This document shows positions 1 to 10,004 of a DNA stretch of 64,000 nucleotides, in pieces. The stretch is from an uncultured Ruminococcus sp. (lineage in GTDB: Bacteria; Bacillota; Clostridia; Oscillospirales; CAG-382), in the NCBI GenBank assembly GCA_964549435.1, contig CAZJVB010000010.1:638-64637 (forward strand), written 5' to 3'. Numbering within the stretch: position 1 is the stretch's first letter; each line of letters opens with the position of its first letter. The notes beneath the pieces are model-generated. The model saw only the letters and a list, made by a program, of their open reading frames with translations, made no database searches and was not told the origin of the DNA. A program made the position numbers and the translations under genes.

Positions 1-147
1 TTGCTCCGGCGGCAGACCGAGCGCTTCCGCTGCATGCACGCCGGAAAGATCGCTTTCGTCCACTGCGTAGGAAAGGGTTTCGAAGGGAATGCCTGCAGCC
101 TGCAGCATCCGCATTGCGTTGGTTTTTTCTTCCTTCTCTTTTGGCAT
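1..147 (-). CDS. YbaK/EbsC-type Cys-tRNA(Pro) deacylase, first 49 codons only (gene runs off the window start)
   Basis: Not in the ORF track because no stop lies in the window. The reverse-strand ATG at 145-147 gives MPKEKEEKTNAMRMLQAAGIPFETLSYAVDESDLSGVHAAEALGLPPEQ, a typical YbaK-family N-terminus. AGGA lies 8 nt upstream. Confidence 0.5.
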   Translation of the reverse strand, partial: MPKEKEEKTNAMRMLQAAGIPFETLSYAVDESDLSGVHAAEALGLPPEQ

Positions 148-157
148 GGTGCCGATC

Positions 158-601
158 CTATCCGATTCGTTCCAGTTCGAAATTGGCCAGCCCTACGCCG
201 TCATCGTTTTTCACCACGACAATTTCAAATTCATATAAAATGCCGCCGATGCTGACGGTATATTCCGCTTCGCTGCCCTTGTCTCCGTAATAGTTGCGGC
301 TGGTTTGCCAAGAGGTGCGTTTGAGATTTCCGAACGTAACGTCTTCACCGCAGACGCCCCATTCGGTATACTGTTCATAGTAGGACTGCATTTCCTCTTC
401 GGAGAAGTAGCCGGCGTAATCGGGATTGGCAAGTGACTGCAGTGCCGCACTATCCTTATGGATAATGGCGGTCAGCACCTGATCGGCGTATTCCGCTACC
501 GTCGATTTGGAAGGGGTTCCGCATGCAGTCAACAGGATGAAGCAAAGCGCGACGATAAGAAGCAGCGCAAGCAGAGGAAATAGGAGGGATCGTCTTTTCA
601 T
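158..601 (-). CDS. Putative lipoprotein, function unknown
   Basis: ORF 158..691 trimmed to the internal ATG at 599-601. MKRRSLLFPLLALLLIVALCFILLTAC is a signal peptide plus lipobox. No catalytic motif recognised. Confidence 0.6.
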   Translation of the reverse strand: MKRRSLLFPLLALLLIVALCFILLTACGTPSKSTVAEYADQVLTAIIHKDSAALQSLANPDYAGYFSEEEMQSYYEQYTEWGVCGEDVTFGNLKRTSWQTSRNYYGDKGSEAEYTVSIGGILYEFEIVVVKNDDGVGLANFELERIG

Positions 602-778
602 GAAATGCCTTCTTTCACATTCACAGCCGGATTGCGATTGGGTTCCGTCAAAGCTGAAAAGGGAGCATTCGCAGAAGGAATGGTTCCCCAAGAATCTATT
701 ACTATATTATACGACGAACGGGAAGGAAATGCAATGCTTTTTTCGAAAAAAGCTGCGGAATGTGCGGGGATCTGCATG

Positions 779-816
779 CAGAAAAGAAGGCAGCACCGTA
801 CCTGCGGCGCTGCCTT
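779..816 (-). terminator. Rho-independent terminator after hemW
   Basis: 8-bp stem aaggcagc (787-794) / gctgcctt (809-816). A T-rich run follows on the minus strand, immediately after the hemW stop. Confidence 0.45.
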
Positions 817-818
817 GG

Positions 819-1913
819 TTAAGGGATCAAAAAGCCGATAACGGCGTTGGAAACGCGCCATCCGCGTTCCGTGAGAACTACCCGTCCGTCTCGCCTGTCC
901 ATCAATCCAAGAGCGACCATACGGTCGGCACGCTCCGCCGATACCAGCCGTGCCGGAATCCCCGTCGAAGTGCGCAAACCCAGCAGAATTTCCTCCTCCA
1001 GTACTTCCGTTTCGGAGAGCGTTTCTGCGGTGTGATAGTCGTTTGCTCCCAGCGGATTAGAAAGGTAGGCATGCAGATCGGACGTATTGGAAAAGCGCTT
1101 TCCGTTCCAAAAGGAATGCGCCGCCGCGCCGAATCCGAGGTATTCCCCGCGCTGCCAGTACCGCAGATTGTGCCGGGATTCGCGGTTGCTTTTGGCAAAT
1201 GAGGAAATCTCGTAATGCAAATAAGCATGTTCCTGTGCGAGCTCGCAAAGCAGGGCGTACTGCGCTTCCTCTTCTTCCTCGTTGGGAAAGCAGAGGGTTT
1301 TCCGGTGATGAAAGAACGCCGTCCCTTCCTCCAGCTGCAGAGAATAGACGGAGAGGTGCTCCGGTGCGAGGGCAAACGCATCGCAGAGAGAACGCCGGAA
1401 AATTTGCGTCGTTTGTCCCGGCAGCGCGAACAGCAGATCAAGACTCAGATTGTCAAACAGCGCTTCCCGTGCTTCAAAGACACAGCGTTGCACATCAGCA
1501 AACGTATGGATCCTGCCGAGCATGCGCAGTTCCTCGTCGTCGGAGGATTGCATGCCGACGGAAAGGCGGTTGACGCCCGCTCGTTTCAGCGCGCGGAAAA
1601 ACGGTTTGTCTGTCGTGCCGGGGTTAACCTCCACAGTGATTTCTGCATCCGGCGCAAGCCGGAAGTGCGCATCGATCTGTTCCAACAGCCGGCAAAGCCG
1701 TTCCGCGCCGAACAGGGACGGGGTGCCGCCGCCGAAATAGACGGAAACGACCTCTCGGGATTCCGGTACGGAGAGGGTTTGCTTTCGCAGCGCGGCCAGA
1801 TAGGCTTCCATTTCCTGCCCGCTTGCCGCCGGTACGGAATAGAATGCGCAGTAACGGCATTTTCGGACGCAAAAGGGAAAATGGTAATACAGGGAGATGC
1901 CTTCTGTCTGCAT
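819..1913 (-). CDS. hemW: Radical SAM heme chaperone HemW (HemN-like, coproporphyrinogen oxidase family)
   Basis: 364-aa ORF with the N-terminal radical-SAM cysteine motif FCVRKCRYCAF. It sits directly downstream of lepA, the common Firmicutes arrangement. Confidence 0.9.
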   Translation of the reverse strand: MQTEGISLYYHFPFCVRKCRYCAFYSVPAASGQEMEAYLAALRKQTLSVPESREVVSVYFGGGTPSLFGAERLCRLLEQIDAHFRLAPDAEITVEVNPGTTDKPFFRALKRAGVNRLSVGMQSSDDEELRMLGRIHTFADVQRCVFEAREALFDNLSLDLLFALPGQTTQIFRRSLCDAFALAPEHLSVYSLQLEEGTAFFHHRKTLCFPNEEEEEAQYALLCELAQEHAYLHYEISSFAKSNRESRHNLRYWQRGEYLGFGAAAHSFWNGKRFSNTSDLHAYLSNPLGANDYHTAETLSETEVLEEEILLGLRTSTGIPARLVSAERADRMVALGLMDRRDGRVVLTERGWRVSNAVIGFLIP

Positions 1914-1916
1914 AGG

Positions 1917-3728
1917 TCAGTTCTCATCATCCATTTTCAGAACTGCCATGAAGGCTTCCGAGGGAACCTGTACCGAACCGAAGGTGCGCATCCGTTTTTT
2001 GCCTTCCTTTTGTTTTTCCAGCAGCTTTTTCTTTCGCGTGATATCGCCGCCGTAGCATTTGGCGAGCACATCCTTGCGCATCGCACGGACGGTTTCGCGG
2101 GCAATAACCTTGCCGCCGATCGCTGCTTGTACGGGCAGTTCAAATAACTGCCGCGGAATGTTATCGCGCAGTTTTTCCACGATCTTTCTGCCGCGGGCAT
2201 AGGCGTGGTCCGCGTGGACGATGAAGGACAGTGCGTCGATCAGTTCGCCGTTAAGCAGGATATCCAGCTTAACCAGCTCGGATTTTCGGTAGCCGACCGG
2301 CTCGTAATCCAGAGATGCGTATCCCTTTGTTTTCGATTTCAGGGTATCAAAGAAATCATAAACAATCTCATTCAGAGGCATTTCATAGAGCAGCTCGGCG
2401 CGGGTAGGGTCCAGATATTTCATATCCACATAGGTGCCGCGACGGTCCAGACAGAATTGCATCACCGCGCCGACGTACTCCGTCGGGGTAATGATGGATG
2501 CCTTGACGATCGGCTCGCGTGCTTCGGAAATCTTTGCCGGATCGGGATAGTTGGAGGGATTATCGATGCGCAGGATGCTGCCGTCAGTCAGAACCAACTC
2601 ATAAATGACGCTGGGAGCAGTGGTGATCAGATCCAGATTGAATTCGCGCTCCAGCCGTTCGTCAATGATCTCCATATGCAGCAGTCCAAGAAAGCCACAG
2701 CGGAAACCAAAGCCGAGTGCCGCCGAGGTTTCCGGCTCGAAAACCAAGGAGGCGTCATTGAGTTGCAGCTTTTCCAGCGCTTCCTTCAGATCACCGTACC
2801 GTGCGCCGTCGGCGGGATAAATACCGGAGAATACCATCGGCTGTGCCTTCTTAAAGCCGGGCAGCGGCTCAGGCGTAGGGTGATTCTTCAGGGTAACCGT
2901 ATCTCCCACCTTGGTATCACCAATGCTTTTGATGCTGGCGGTGAAATACCCGACTTCGCCTGCTTGCAGGCAATCACGTTTATCCAGCGAAAAGGCGTTC
3001 AACGTGCCGACCTCTACCACGTCAAACTCCGCGCCGGTATGCATCAGCCGAACGGTGTCTCCCACCGAAAGCTTACCGTCCATCAGGCGGATATAAACTA
3101 CCACGCCCTTGTAAGCATCATAATAGCTATCGAAAATCAGCGCCTGCAGCGGCTTTTCCGTTGAACCTTTCGGGCAGGGAATGTCCTTAACGATGCGCTC
3201 CAGCACCTCCTTAATATGGATTCCCATTTTGGCGGAGATGCAGGGGGCGTCTTCGGCGGGGATGCCGATGATCTCTTCAATCTCCCGTTTCGCCATAGCC
3301 GTATCTGCGCTGGGGAGGTCGATTTTATTGATAACCGGCAGGATCTCCAGATCATTGTCTACTGCTAAATAAGCATTGGCGAGTGTCTGCGCCTGCACGC
3401 CTTGTGTGGCGTCTACAATCAGCACTGCGCCTTCGCAGGCGGTCAATGAGCGGGAGACCTCATAGCCGAAGTCCACATGACCCGGTGTGTCAATCAGATT
3501 AAGCTCGTATGTCTCCCCGTCGTCCGCATGATAGGAGAAGCGGACAGCGCGCGCCTTGATGGTGATGCCGCGCTCCCGCTCCAGTTCCATATTGTCAAGC
3601 AGTTGCTCTTCAAGATTTCGTTTTTCGACCGCGCCGGTGTATTCCAACAGCCGGTCGGCAAGGGTACTTTTGCCGTGATCGATGTGTGCAATGATAGAAA
3701 AGTTGCGAATTTTATGAATGTCATACAT
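1917..3728 (-). CDS. lepA: Translation elongation factor 4 (LepA)
   Basis: ORF 1917..3953 trimmed to M76 (ATG 3726-3728). [26 protein letters not shown] carries the GTPase G1 motif, followed by DTPGHVDF and NKIDL. The 603-aa length fits LepA. Confidence 0.95.
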   Translation of the reverse strand: MYDIHKIRNFSIIAHIDHGKSTLADRLLEYTGAVEKRNLEEQLLDNMELERERGITIKARAVRFSYHADDGETYELNLIDTPGHVDFGYEVSRSLTACEGAVLIVDATQGVQAQTLANAYLAVDNDLEILPVINKIDLPSADTAMAKREIEEIIGIPAEDAPCISAKMGIHIKEVLERIVKDIPCPKGSTEKPLQALIFDSYYDAYKGVVVYIRLMDGKLSVGDTVRLMHTGAEFDVVEVGTLNAFSLDKRDCLQAGEVGYFTASIKSIGDTKVGDTVTLKNHPTPEPLPGFKKAQPMVFSGIYPADGARYGDLKEALEKLQLNDASLVFEPETSAALGFGFRCGFLGLLHMEIIDERLEREFNLDLITTAPSVIYELVLTDGSILRIDNPSNYPDPAKISEAREPIVKASIITPTEYVGAVMQFCLDRRGTYVDMKYLDPTRAELLYEMPLNEIVYDFFDTLKSKTKGYASLDYEPVGYRKSELVKLDILLNGELIDALSFIVHADHAYARGRKIVEKLRDNIPRQLFELPVQAAIGGKVIARETVRAMRKDVLAKCYGGDITRKKKLLEKQKEGKKRMRTFGSVQVPSEAFMAVLKMDDEN

Positions 3729-3820
3729 CGTGTGAAGCTTCCTCATCCTTTGAGAAGTTTTTTCCCGGAGCTGTGCGGGTTTCCGGGGGAAATCCTTTAT
3801 GAGTGATCGCAATGGAGGAG

Positions 3821-3848
3821 TGGAAAGGGGTGCTTTTTCGGCACCCCT
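3821..3848 (-). terminator. Hairpin terminator after secF
   Basis: Stem aggggtgc (3826-3833) / gcacccct (3841-3848), just downstream of the secF stop. Confidence 0.45.
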
Positions 3849-3855
3849 GTTTCTG

Positions 3856-4788
3856 TTAGTTCTTTTTCTTCTTTCCGAAGCGGATACCGGAGAGTGCGTT
3901 CCAAAGCATTCCGGAAAGGAACACCGAGGAAAACAGACCGGCGATGATACCAATGATCAGCGTACCGGAGAAGTCGCGGAGCGCATCCAGATTGGAGGTC
4001 GGAGAGACGACGACCGAGATGGCGCAGGCGACGAAGATCGCGCCGATGGTGAGCAGTGTCGTAATGGTCGTATTGACGGATCTGCCCATGGTTTCGTGCG
4101 CACTTTGATTGACTACCTCCGCGAAAGAGGATTTATCCGCCTTTTTGCGGTTTTCCCGGATGCGGTCGAAGACGACGATGGTTGCATTGATGGAATAACC
4201 GAGAATCGTCAGGAACGCTGCGATGACGGAGGAGGAAATCGGAATTTGCAGCAGCGAATAGAACGTCAGCATGACAAACAGATCGTGCAGCAGGCAAACG
4301 ACCGCAGCAAGTCCGGATGCGATTTCAAATCGGATTGCGATGTAGATCAGCATCAGGAGGACGGCAAGTGCTATCGCAAAGAAGGTGCTTTTCATCATTT
4401 TCGTACCGATGGTAGCGGAAATGTTGCTGAGGTTCGGTTCGGAGTTGGTATTCGGATACTTGGCGCAGAGCAGCTCAATTAGAAGATTCTGCTGATCTGC
4501 ATCCAAGTCGTTTTTGCTTGTGATTTTAATGGAGGTATCGCTGTAAGTGACGGAGGCGACATATTTTTCGCCGAGTGTTTCCTCTTCTTTGATGAGGGCC
4601 TCCACTTCCTTGGCGATATCGTCATTTGCGGGTTCACCGATGTCAACCGTCAATTCATAACCGCCGGTGAAGTCGATGTCAATATTCAGCCCGCGAATCA
4701 GGAAGGAGAGGATTCCGATCAGCAGGACAACGCCTACAACGATCAGGGTGACCTTTTTATCCTTGATAAAATGAAACTTCTTAAGCAT
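3856..4788 (-). CDS. secF: Protein-export membrane protein SecF
   Basis: 310 aa, multi-TM. Its start overlaps the secD stop. The C-terminal RND-like TM bundle is typical of SecF. Confidence 0.9.
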   Translation of the reverse strand: MLKKFHFIKDKKVTLIVVGVVLLIGILSFLIRGLNIDIDFTGGYELTVDIGEPANDDIAKEVEALIKEEETLGEKYVASVTYSDTSIKITSKNDLDADQQNLLIELLCAKYPNTNSEPNLSNISATIGTKMMKSTFFAIALAVLLMLIYIAIRFEIASGLAAVVCLLHDLFVMLTFYSLLQIPISSSVIAAFLTILGYSINATIVVFDRIRENRKKADKSSFAEVVNQSAHETMGRSVNTTITTLLTIGAIFVACAISVVVSPTSNLDALRDFSGTLIIGIIAGLFSSVFLSGMLWNALSGIRFGKKKKN

Positions 4789-6109
4789 CTTTCTGCCCTC
4801 CTTTATGACCGCCGAATCCGGACTGATACACTTTCAGATCGGAGATTCCCATGCCGACGCCGAGGTGCAAAAGCGCGCGGGTGATAAGCAGGGCGGTAAA
4901 CAGGGAGATGATAACGCCGATCAGCAGCGTGGTTGCAAACCCTTTGATCGTACCGGAGCCGAAGAAGTAGAGGACAGCACAGGCAATTACGGTGGTGATG
5001 TTGGCGTCGAGAATGGCCCAGAGTGCACGCTTGTAGCCGCTCTTGATGGCGCTCTTGATACTCTTGCCGGTGGCAAGCTCTTCCTTCATGCGTTCGAAGA
5101 TGACGACGTTAGCGTCCACCGCCATGCCGATAGATAGAACGATACCGGCGATGCCGGTCAGCGTCAGGTTGAACTGACCGATGACCAACACGAGGAAGAA
5201 GATCGCCATGTAGCAGACCAGCGCAATGGACGCCCATACGCCGGGAATGCGGTAGTAGATACACATGAACAGGATGACCAGCAGCAGACCGATTGCGCCT
5301 GCAATCAGGGAGATACGCAGTGCGTTTTCCCCGAGAGAAGCCTTCACAGATTCCATGCTGACCTGACGGAGGTTATAGCGCAGCGCGCCGGCGTCGATGT
5401 TATTGGCGAGTGCATTGGCTTCCTCAATGGTGCTGAAGGCACCGCTGATTTCCGCTTTTCCACCGGTGATTCCGGTGGAGGAGTATTTGGAATCGACGCT
5501 GGGGGAGGAGATCAGCTGTCCGTCTACGTAAATATCCAGTGTTTTGCTGTTGGCAGCGCAGGTGGCGGTAGCGGCGGCAAACTTGTCCGCACCGCTGCTT
5601 GTAAACACCAACTGCACACAATAAACGATTTCACCGGTAGAATCATCGGTATACATGCCGCCGGTGGCGCTTTCGACGTCCTCGCCGGTCAGGCAGGCGG
5701 TGGTTTCCCCGTTGATATAAAATTTCAGATCGGCGGTCTGCATAAAGGAGAGCGCTTCACTGGTCGGATCCTCAACGCTGGGAAGCTCGACCACCAGCAT
5801 ATCGTCGCCGTACAGGTAGGCGAGCGCCTCGGTGTAGCCGGCGTTGTCCAGACGGTTCCGCATGACTTCAAGAACGCTTTCCATGCCGCTTTCATTGACG
5901 GCGGATCCGTCGTCATTATATGCCTGATAGGTGATAGAGGAGCCGCCGGCGAGATCCAGACCGAGGCGGATGGTGCCCTCTTCAAAAATGCCATGTAGCT
6001 GTGCATCGTCCGTTATGTAGACGCCGCAGATCGCAAAGACCATCAGCGCCGCGATAACCAGAAGCAACAGGATGAAACGGGCAACACTTGTCGCTTTTGT
6101 AAAATTCAT
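4781..6109 (-). CDS. secD: Protein-export membrane protein SecD
   Basis: ORF 4781..6208 trimmed to M34 (MNFTKATSVARFILLLLVIAALMV). It has an N-terminal TM, a large periplasmic-type domain and a C-terminal 5-TM bundle. Adjacent to secF. Confidence 0.9.
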   Translation of the reverse strand: MNFTKATSVARFILLLLVIAALMVFAICGVYITDDAQLHGIFEEGTIRLGLDLAGGSSITYQAYNDDGSAVNESGMESVLEVMRNRLDNAGYTEALAYLYGDDMLVVELPSVEDPTSEALSFMQTADLKFYINGETTACLTGEDVESATGGMYTDDSTGEIVYCVQLVFTSSGADKFAAATATCAANSKTLDIYVDGQLISSPSVDSKYSSTGITGGKAEISGAFSTIEEANALANNIDAGALRYNLRQVSMESVKASLGENALRISLIAGAIGLLLVILFMCIYYRIPGVWASIALVCYMAIFFLVLVIGQFNLTLTGIAGIVLSIGMAVDANVVIFERMKEELATGKSIKSAIKSGYKRALWAILDANITTVIACAVLYFFGSGTIKGFATTLLIGVIISLFTALLITRALLHLGVGMGISDLKVYQSGFGGHKGGQKDA

Positions 6110-6219
6110 CTGTTTTTTACCTCCGGGGTTTTTGACGGTCGGAGCATGCGTCGTCCGCCCGTTCCTTTTTAACATTTCTATTATACACGGAATTTTTCCT
6201 TCCGTCAAGGGCTTTTTGG

Positions 6220-7110
6220 CTATTTGAGAATATCAACGGCACTTTTTTCCACCGAAAGCAGTGCCGCGCTGTGCTTTCCGCCGTCCTCTCCGTCCAGAGA
6301 CCAGCCGACCGGTTCCGGAGAAACGATCCGACAGGAAGTGACATGACGCAGCACAATTAACGGATCGTTCAGATTTGCGTTGAGCAGCCGCGCGGCAACG
6401 CGGCCCGCCTCCGCGAGATCGTGCGGGTACCGAATCAGGATCAATTCGAACAGGCCGTCGCTGAAACGAACCTCTTTTCCATCCAGTTTGAGGAATCCGG
6501 CAGCGGTGGTGGTGTTGGCAAGCGCGCAGAAAATGAAGTGATCCGAGATCGTCTCTCCCTCCGCTTCCACAGTGAGCGGGATCGGGTGAATAGAGGAAAG
6601 CGAAGGGATCGCGTTGAAGATATAGGCGGCGTGTCCCAGCAGATTTTTCAGGGATTGGCTGGTGTTGTAGGAGGTTTCCGCGAAGGCACCGCAGCAGGCG
6701 ATATAGGTGAAATGACGGTGATTGAAAAGGCCCATATCGTGCGGCATCGGGTTTCCTGCGATCAGGTTGGCGGTCGCCTCACGATAATCGGAGGGGATGC
6801 CGAGCGAGGCGGCAAAATCGTTGGTAGAACCAAGCGGGATATAGCCGATCGGAATATGCTTCTGCGAAAGGAGCACGCCCTCCGCGGTCAGGTTCAGCGT
6901 GCCGTCTCCGCCGCAAGCGACGATCATATCGAATGTTCCGCGCAGCAAAAGATTGGAAATGCTTTCCGCCGTCGCGTTTCCCTTTTTCGTCGGCAGAACA
7001 GTAACCTCGCAGCCCGCGTTACTCAGCTGCGTCACGATTTCCAGCAGAACGCGTTTTGCAGCGCCCTTTCCGGAGCGGGGGTTGATGACCAAAAGTGTTT
7101 TGCCGATCAT
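6220..7110 (-). CDS. YegS/DagK-family lipid (diacylglycerol) kinase
   Basis: 296 aa. N-terminal LLVINPRSGKG and the GGDGT motif (ACGGDGTLN) are characteristic of the DAGK catalytic domain. Confidence 0.85.
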   Translation of the reverse strand: MIGKTLLVINPRSGKGAAKRVLLEIVTQLSNAGCEVTVLPTKKGNATAESISNLLLRGTFDMIVACGGDGTLNLTAEGVLLSQKHIPIGYIPLGSTNDFAASLGIPSDYREATANLIAGNPMPHDMGLFNHRHFTYIACCGAFAETSYNTSQSLKNLLGHAAYIFNAIPSLSSIHPIPLTVEAEGETISDHFIFCALANTTTAAGFLKLDGKEVRFSDGLFELILIRYPHDLAEAGRVAARLLNANLNDPLIVLRHVTSCRIVSPEPVGWSLDGEDGGKHSAALLSVEKSAVDILK

Positions 7111-7295
7111 GGCAAACCTCCCAAAGGGGTAATTCTTTTATTTATTCTCATTATAGCATATTTTACGGATTTTTTCAAGGCGCGGCTACAAAAAAGCGAG
7201 TCGGAAATATTACTTTCCGACATTTCCTCTTGAAAAATGGAGCCTGTCGTGTTATACTCGTAGCGACAATCAGAATTCAGAAAGGAACGGACTTT

Positions 7296-8414
7296 ATGTT
7301 ATACGGAAATCCTTTTGCTCCGCCCAAGTCTTCGATGGAGGCGCCGGAGGAGCGATGCTTTATCGCCGTTTCCACGCTCGGCTCTCCGGCGGAGGATGGC
7401 AGAATTTATGTGGATGCCCGCAACCGAGAGGTACTTTCGCTCGGCGGCATCGATCATCCGGAGGAGAACGGCGGAGAATACTATCGACTGGATGTTTCCC
7501 GCAAGGACGAGTATTCGGCGGATAACCGAAGCCTTGCCTGCTGTACGCCGGGCGTAACCGTTCGCTTTTTTACCGACGCGGCGTCTGTCGCGCTGGATGT
7601 GAAGCTGCGCGGCGTCTGTGCAGGGATGAACCATTTCACCAATCGCGGTGTATACGGATTTGATATGCTGATCGGCACCGGAACGAACCGCCGTTACGTG
7701 GGGAACCTCATGCAGAATTTTGTGGGCACCACGGAAGCGATGAAGGACCTCCTTGCATTGCCGGATGGATTGAAGGAAGTGCAGATCAATTTTCCGCTGT
7801 ATGGCGGGGTGGAGAGTGTGCGGTTTGGGTTCCCGGCAGATGCGAAGATCGCCTTGCCGACCAAACGCGCTTACCGTCCGATTGCCTTTTATGGCTCCTC
7901 TATCACGCAGGGCGGTTGTGTCTGCCGTCCGGGCAATTCCTATTGCAACATTGTCTGCCGCGCGCTGGATGCGGACTGCCGTAACCTCGGATTTTCCGGT
8001 TCGGCGATGGGAGAACAGCCGGTTGCGGAATACATCGGAGGGCTGGAGCTTTCCGCATTTGTGATGGATTATGACTTCAATTCGCCTTCGGAGGAACATC
8101 TGCGCGCTACGCACCGACCGTTTTTTGAGACGGTACGCCGGATGCAGCCGGAGCTGCCGATTGTCATCCTTTCCCATGTTTGGGCGTTTGACGATCGCGA
8201 GACCGATTTCAATCGCATTGCGATTCTGAAGGAAACCTACGATGCCGCCATTGCGGCCGGGGATCGTAATGTCTACTATATTGACAGCAGAAACTTCTTC
8301 CGCGGTCCGATGAGTGACCTTTGTACGGTGGACCACCTTCATCCGAATGACCTTGGACAGTTCATAATGGCGGAGGAGGTCTATAAAACGCTTGTGACGG
8401 CTTTGCGGAGATAG
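7296..8414 (+). CDS. SGNH/GDSL-family hydrolase (carbohydrate esterase-like) with an N-terminal beta-sandwich-like domain
   Basis: ORF 7095..8414 trimmed to M68 (ATG 7296). Block I FYGSSITQG and block V DHLHPND are the SGNH signatures. Confidence 0.8.
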   Translation: MLYGNPFAPPKSSMEAPEERCFIAVSTLGSPAEDGRIYVDARNREVLSLGGIDHPEENGGEYYRLDVSRKDEYSADNRSLACCTPGVTVRFFTDAASVALDVKLRGVCAGMNHFTNRGVYGFDMLIGTGTNRRYVGNLMQNFVGTTEAMKDLLALPDGLKEVQINFPLYGGVESVRFGFPADAKIALPTKRAYRPIAFYGSSITQGGCVCRPGNSYCNIVCRALDADCRNLGFSGSAMGEQPVAEYIGGLELSAFVMDYDFNSPSEEHLRATHRPFFETVRRMQPELPIVILSHVWAFDDRETDFNRIAILKETYDAAIAAGDRNVYYIDSRNFFRGPMSDLCTVDHLHPNDLGQFIMAEEVYKTLVTALRR

Positions 8415-8446
8415 GCAGATTCCGACATAAGGATTTCCCGTTTCAG

Positions 8447-8479
8447 AGAGGATCCCTTTTTTTCAAAAAGGGATCCTCT
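8447..8479. terminator. Perfect 15-bp hairpin, probable bidirectional terminator
   Basis: agaggatcccttttt (8447-8461), loop ttc, aaaaagggatcctct (8465-8479). It lies 33 nt after the SGNH hydrolase stop. Confidence 0.6.
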
Positions 8480-8575
8480 TTGGTTCTCCTTACAAAAACT
8501 TGCATTTTGAGAAGCCGCAATGTGGCGTTTTCTTTTGATATACGTAAAGGCGAGTCGGGGATGTGAACGCATAAG

Positions 8576-8607
8576 AAAAATCCGGCGCGTGAAGGCGTCG
8601 GATTTTT
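8576..8607. terminator. Bidirectional terminator hairpin inside repeat copy 1
   Basis: aaaaatccggcgc gtgaag gcgtcggattttt. The GC-rich stem has one G-T pair and is flanked by an A5 and a T5 run. Confidence 0.6.
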
Positions 8608-8674
8608 GAGAAGCCGCAATATGGCGTTTCCTTTTGATATACGTAAAGGCGAGTCGGGGATGTGAAAGCATAAG

Positions 8675-8706
8675 AAAAATCCGGCGCGTGAAGGCGTCGG
8701 ATTTTT
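8675..8706. terminator. Bidirectional terminator hairpin inside repeat copy 2
   Basis: Identical sequence to 8576-8607, displaced by 99 bp. Confidence 0.6.
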
Positions 8707-8753
8707 GAGAAGCCGCAATATGGCGTTTCCTTTTGATATACGTAAAGGCGGCT

Positions 8754-9128
8754 TTATTTAATTGTAACAGAAGCGCCGACATCCTCAAGCTGCTTCTTGA
8801 TGGCTTCCGCTTCGTCCTTGCTGACGCCGGTCTTGACCATTTTCGGGCAGCTGGTAACGAGATCTTTCGCCTCGCCGAGGGAGAGGCCTGCGATGTCCTT
8901 GACTTCCTTGATGACCTTGAGCTTCTTGTCCTCTGCGAAAGCGGTCAGCTCCACGTCGAACTCGGTTTTTTCTTCTGCAGCAGGAGCAGCAGCGGCGCCC
9001 GGAGCAGCCGCGACGGCGACAGGAGCCGCAGAAACACCGTACTTCTCTTCCAAAGCCTTCACGAGATCGGAAAGCTCGAGAATGGTCAGGGTATCGATAA
9101 GATCAAGAATCTGCTGGATTTTTTCCAT
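8754..9128 (-). CDS. rplL: 50S ribosomal protein L7/L12
   Basis: 124 aa. [32 protein letters not shown], an Ala/Pro hinge, then the C-terminal domain ending GASVTIK. Confidence 0.95.
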   Translation of the reverse strand: MEKIQQILDLIDTLTILELSDLVKALEEKYGVSAAPVAVAAAPGAAAAPAAEEKTEFDVELTAFAEDKKLKVIKEVKDIAGLSLGEAKDLVTSCPKMVKTGVSKDEAEAIKKQLEDVGASVTIK

Positions 9129-9170
9129 TTTGATATTCCTCCAATGTAATGAAATGATTGGTTTCCTTGC

Positions 9171-9731
9171 TTATTCGGCCGCGGGAGCTTCTTCCGCAGC
9201 GGGGACTGCCTCCGCAGATGCCTCTGCAGGAGCGTCTCCTTCATTCTTCTTGTCGATGATTGCCTGAATCGCGTAAGCGAAGCCATACAGCGAGGATTGC
9301 AGGGAACCGAGGACGCGCCCAATCAGGACTTCCTTGGACGGAATCTCCGCAAGCTCCTTGACTTCTGCGGCGGACAGGATCTTGCCGTCAACAAAACCGG
9401 CTTTGATAATGAAATTCTCATGATCCTTTGCGAATTCGTTCAGGATCTTGGCGGGTGCGATCTGGTCAGAACTGAGTGCCAGCGCGGTATTGCCTTCCAG
9501 CACGTTTTTCAGCTCGCTGTAACCGATTTGGTCGCAGGCGCGTGAGCAAAGCGCATTTTTGACAACGGCATAGTGCACGTCCGCTTTCCGGAGATCGGCG
9601 CGGAGCTTAGTGTCGTTCTCAACAGAGATGCCCTTGTAGTCTACAAGGACGCCGCTGCTTGCGTTCTTCATCTTCTCAGCCAGATCTGCAACGATCTGTT
9701 GCTTTTGCTCGATGATTTTAGCGTTTGCCAA
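9171..9731 (-). CDS. rplJ: 50S ribosomal protein L10
   Basis: ORF 9171..9881 trimmed to a TTG at 9729-9731, 7 nt after GGAGGTG. The product begins (M)ANAKIIEQKQQIVADLAEKMK. It has an acidic Ala/Glu-rich C-terminal tail. Confidence 0.85.
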   Translation of the reverse strand: MANAKIIEQKQQIVADLAEKMKNASSGVLVDYKGISVENDTKLRADLRKADVHYAVVKNALCSRACDQIGYSELKNVLEGNTALALSSDQIAPAKILNEFAKDHENFIIKAGFVDGKILSAAEVKELAEIPSKEVLIGRVLGSLQSSLYGFAYAIQAIIDKKNEGDAPAEASAEAVPAAEEAPAAE

Positions 9732-9947
9732 AATTTTCACCTCCGTAATGAATGACTGATGGAAAACGGGTTTCCGGAAAAAATGCTCCTCCGCAAACGC
9801 AGAGGAGCATGAAACAAACGGACAAAGATTGTCTTGCTTTTCACGTTCCTCGGCGGGCGCATGCTCCTCACATGCTTTCAACGCGCGGCAGGCAATTCAC
9901 CTGCGGATGGCGTACCAGCTTTCTGCGGAATGGATAAAACCTTATCA
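9732..9947 (-). promoter_or_regulatory. rplJ (L10) leader with an intrinsic attenuator hairpin
   Basis: A ~215-nt 5' UTR between the promoter and rplJ. On the minus strand, ATGCTCCTC-tgcgtttgcg-GAGGAGCAT-TTTTTT (9776-9810) lies ~45 nt before the start codon. The position and architecture match L10-leader autoregulation in Firmicutes. No covariance model was run. Confidence 0.5.
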
Positions 9948-9976
9948 AGGATAGCATAAAATGCCGCCTTTGTCAA
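9948..9976 (-). promoter_or_regulatory. Sigma-A type promoter for rplJL
   Basis: Minus strand TTGACA (9971-9976), 17-nt spacer, TATCCT (9948-9953). Confidence 0.55.
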
Positions 9977-10004
9977 GAGGTTTCCGGAATTTTTTTGAGG
10001 TTCC

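Larger units (their letters stand above)
8509..8750. repeat. Tandem direct repeat, 99-bp unit x 2.44 copies
   Basis: Units start at 8509, 8608 and 8707. Copy 1 and copy 2 differ at 3 of 99 positions. The partial copy 3 (44 nt) is identical to copy 2. The array ends 3 nt from the rplL stop. Confidence 0.9.

Noticed and set aside
1917-3953. N-terminally extended versions of several track ORFs: lepA to 3953, secD to 6208, rplK to 11248, rplJ to 9881, tsaB to 14137, the U32 gene to 45905, folD from 42796 and fchA from 42206.
   Set aside because: The extensions are Arg/Pro-rich, overlap upstream genes or promoters, and precede the conserved family N-termini. Those N-termini have their own SD sequences. 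The starts were moved to the conserved Met or TTG.
8509-8750. Possible CRISPR-like array.
   Set aside because: The units are contiguous 99-mers with no unique spacers. No cas genes are present in the window.
8381-8788. 135-aa ORF with the internally repeated peptide AFTYIKRKRHIAASQKSDAFTRRIFLM.
   Set aside because: The repetition merely mirrors the 99-bp DNA tandem repeat. The frame runs through three terminator hairpins and into the rplL 3' end, and there is no SD. It is treated as non-coding.
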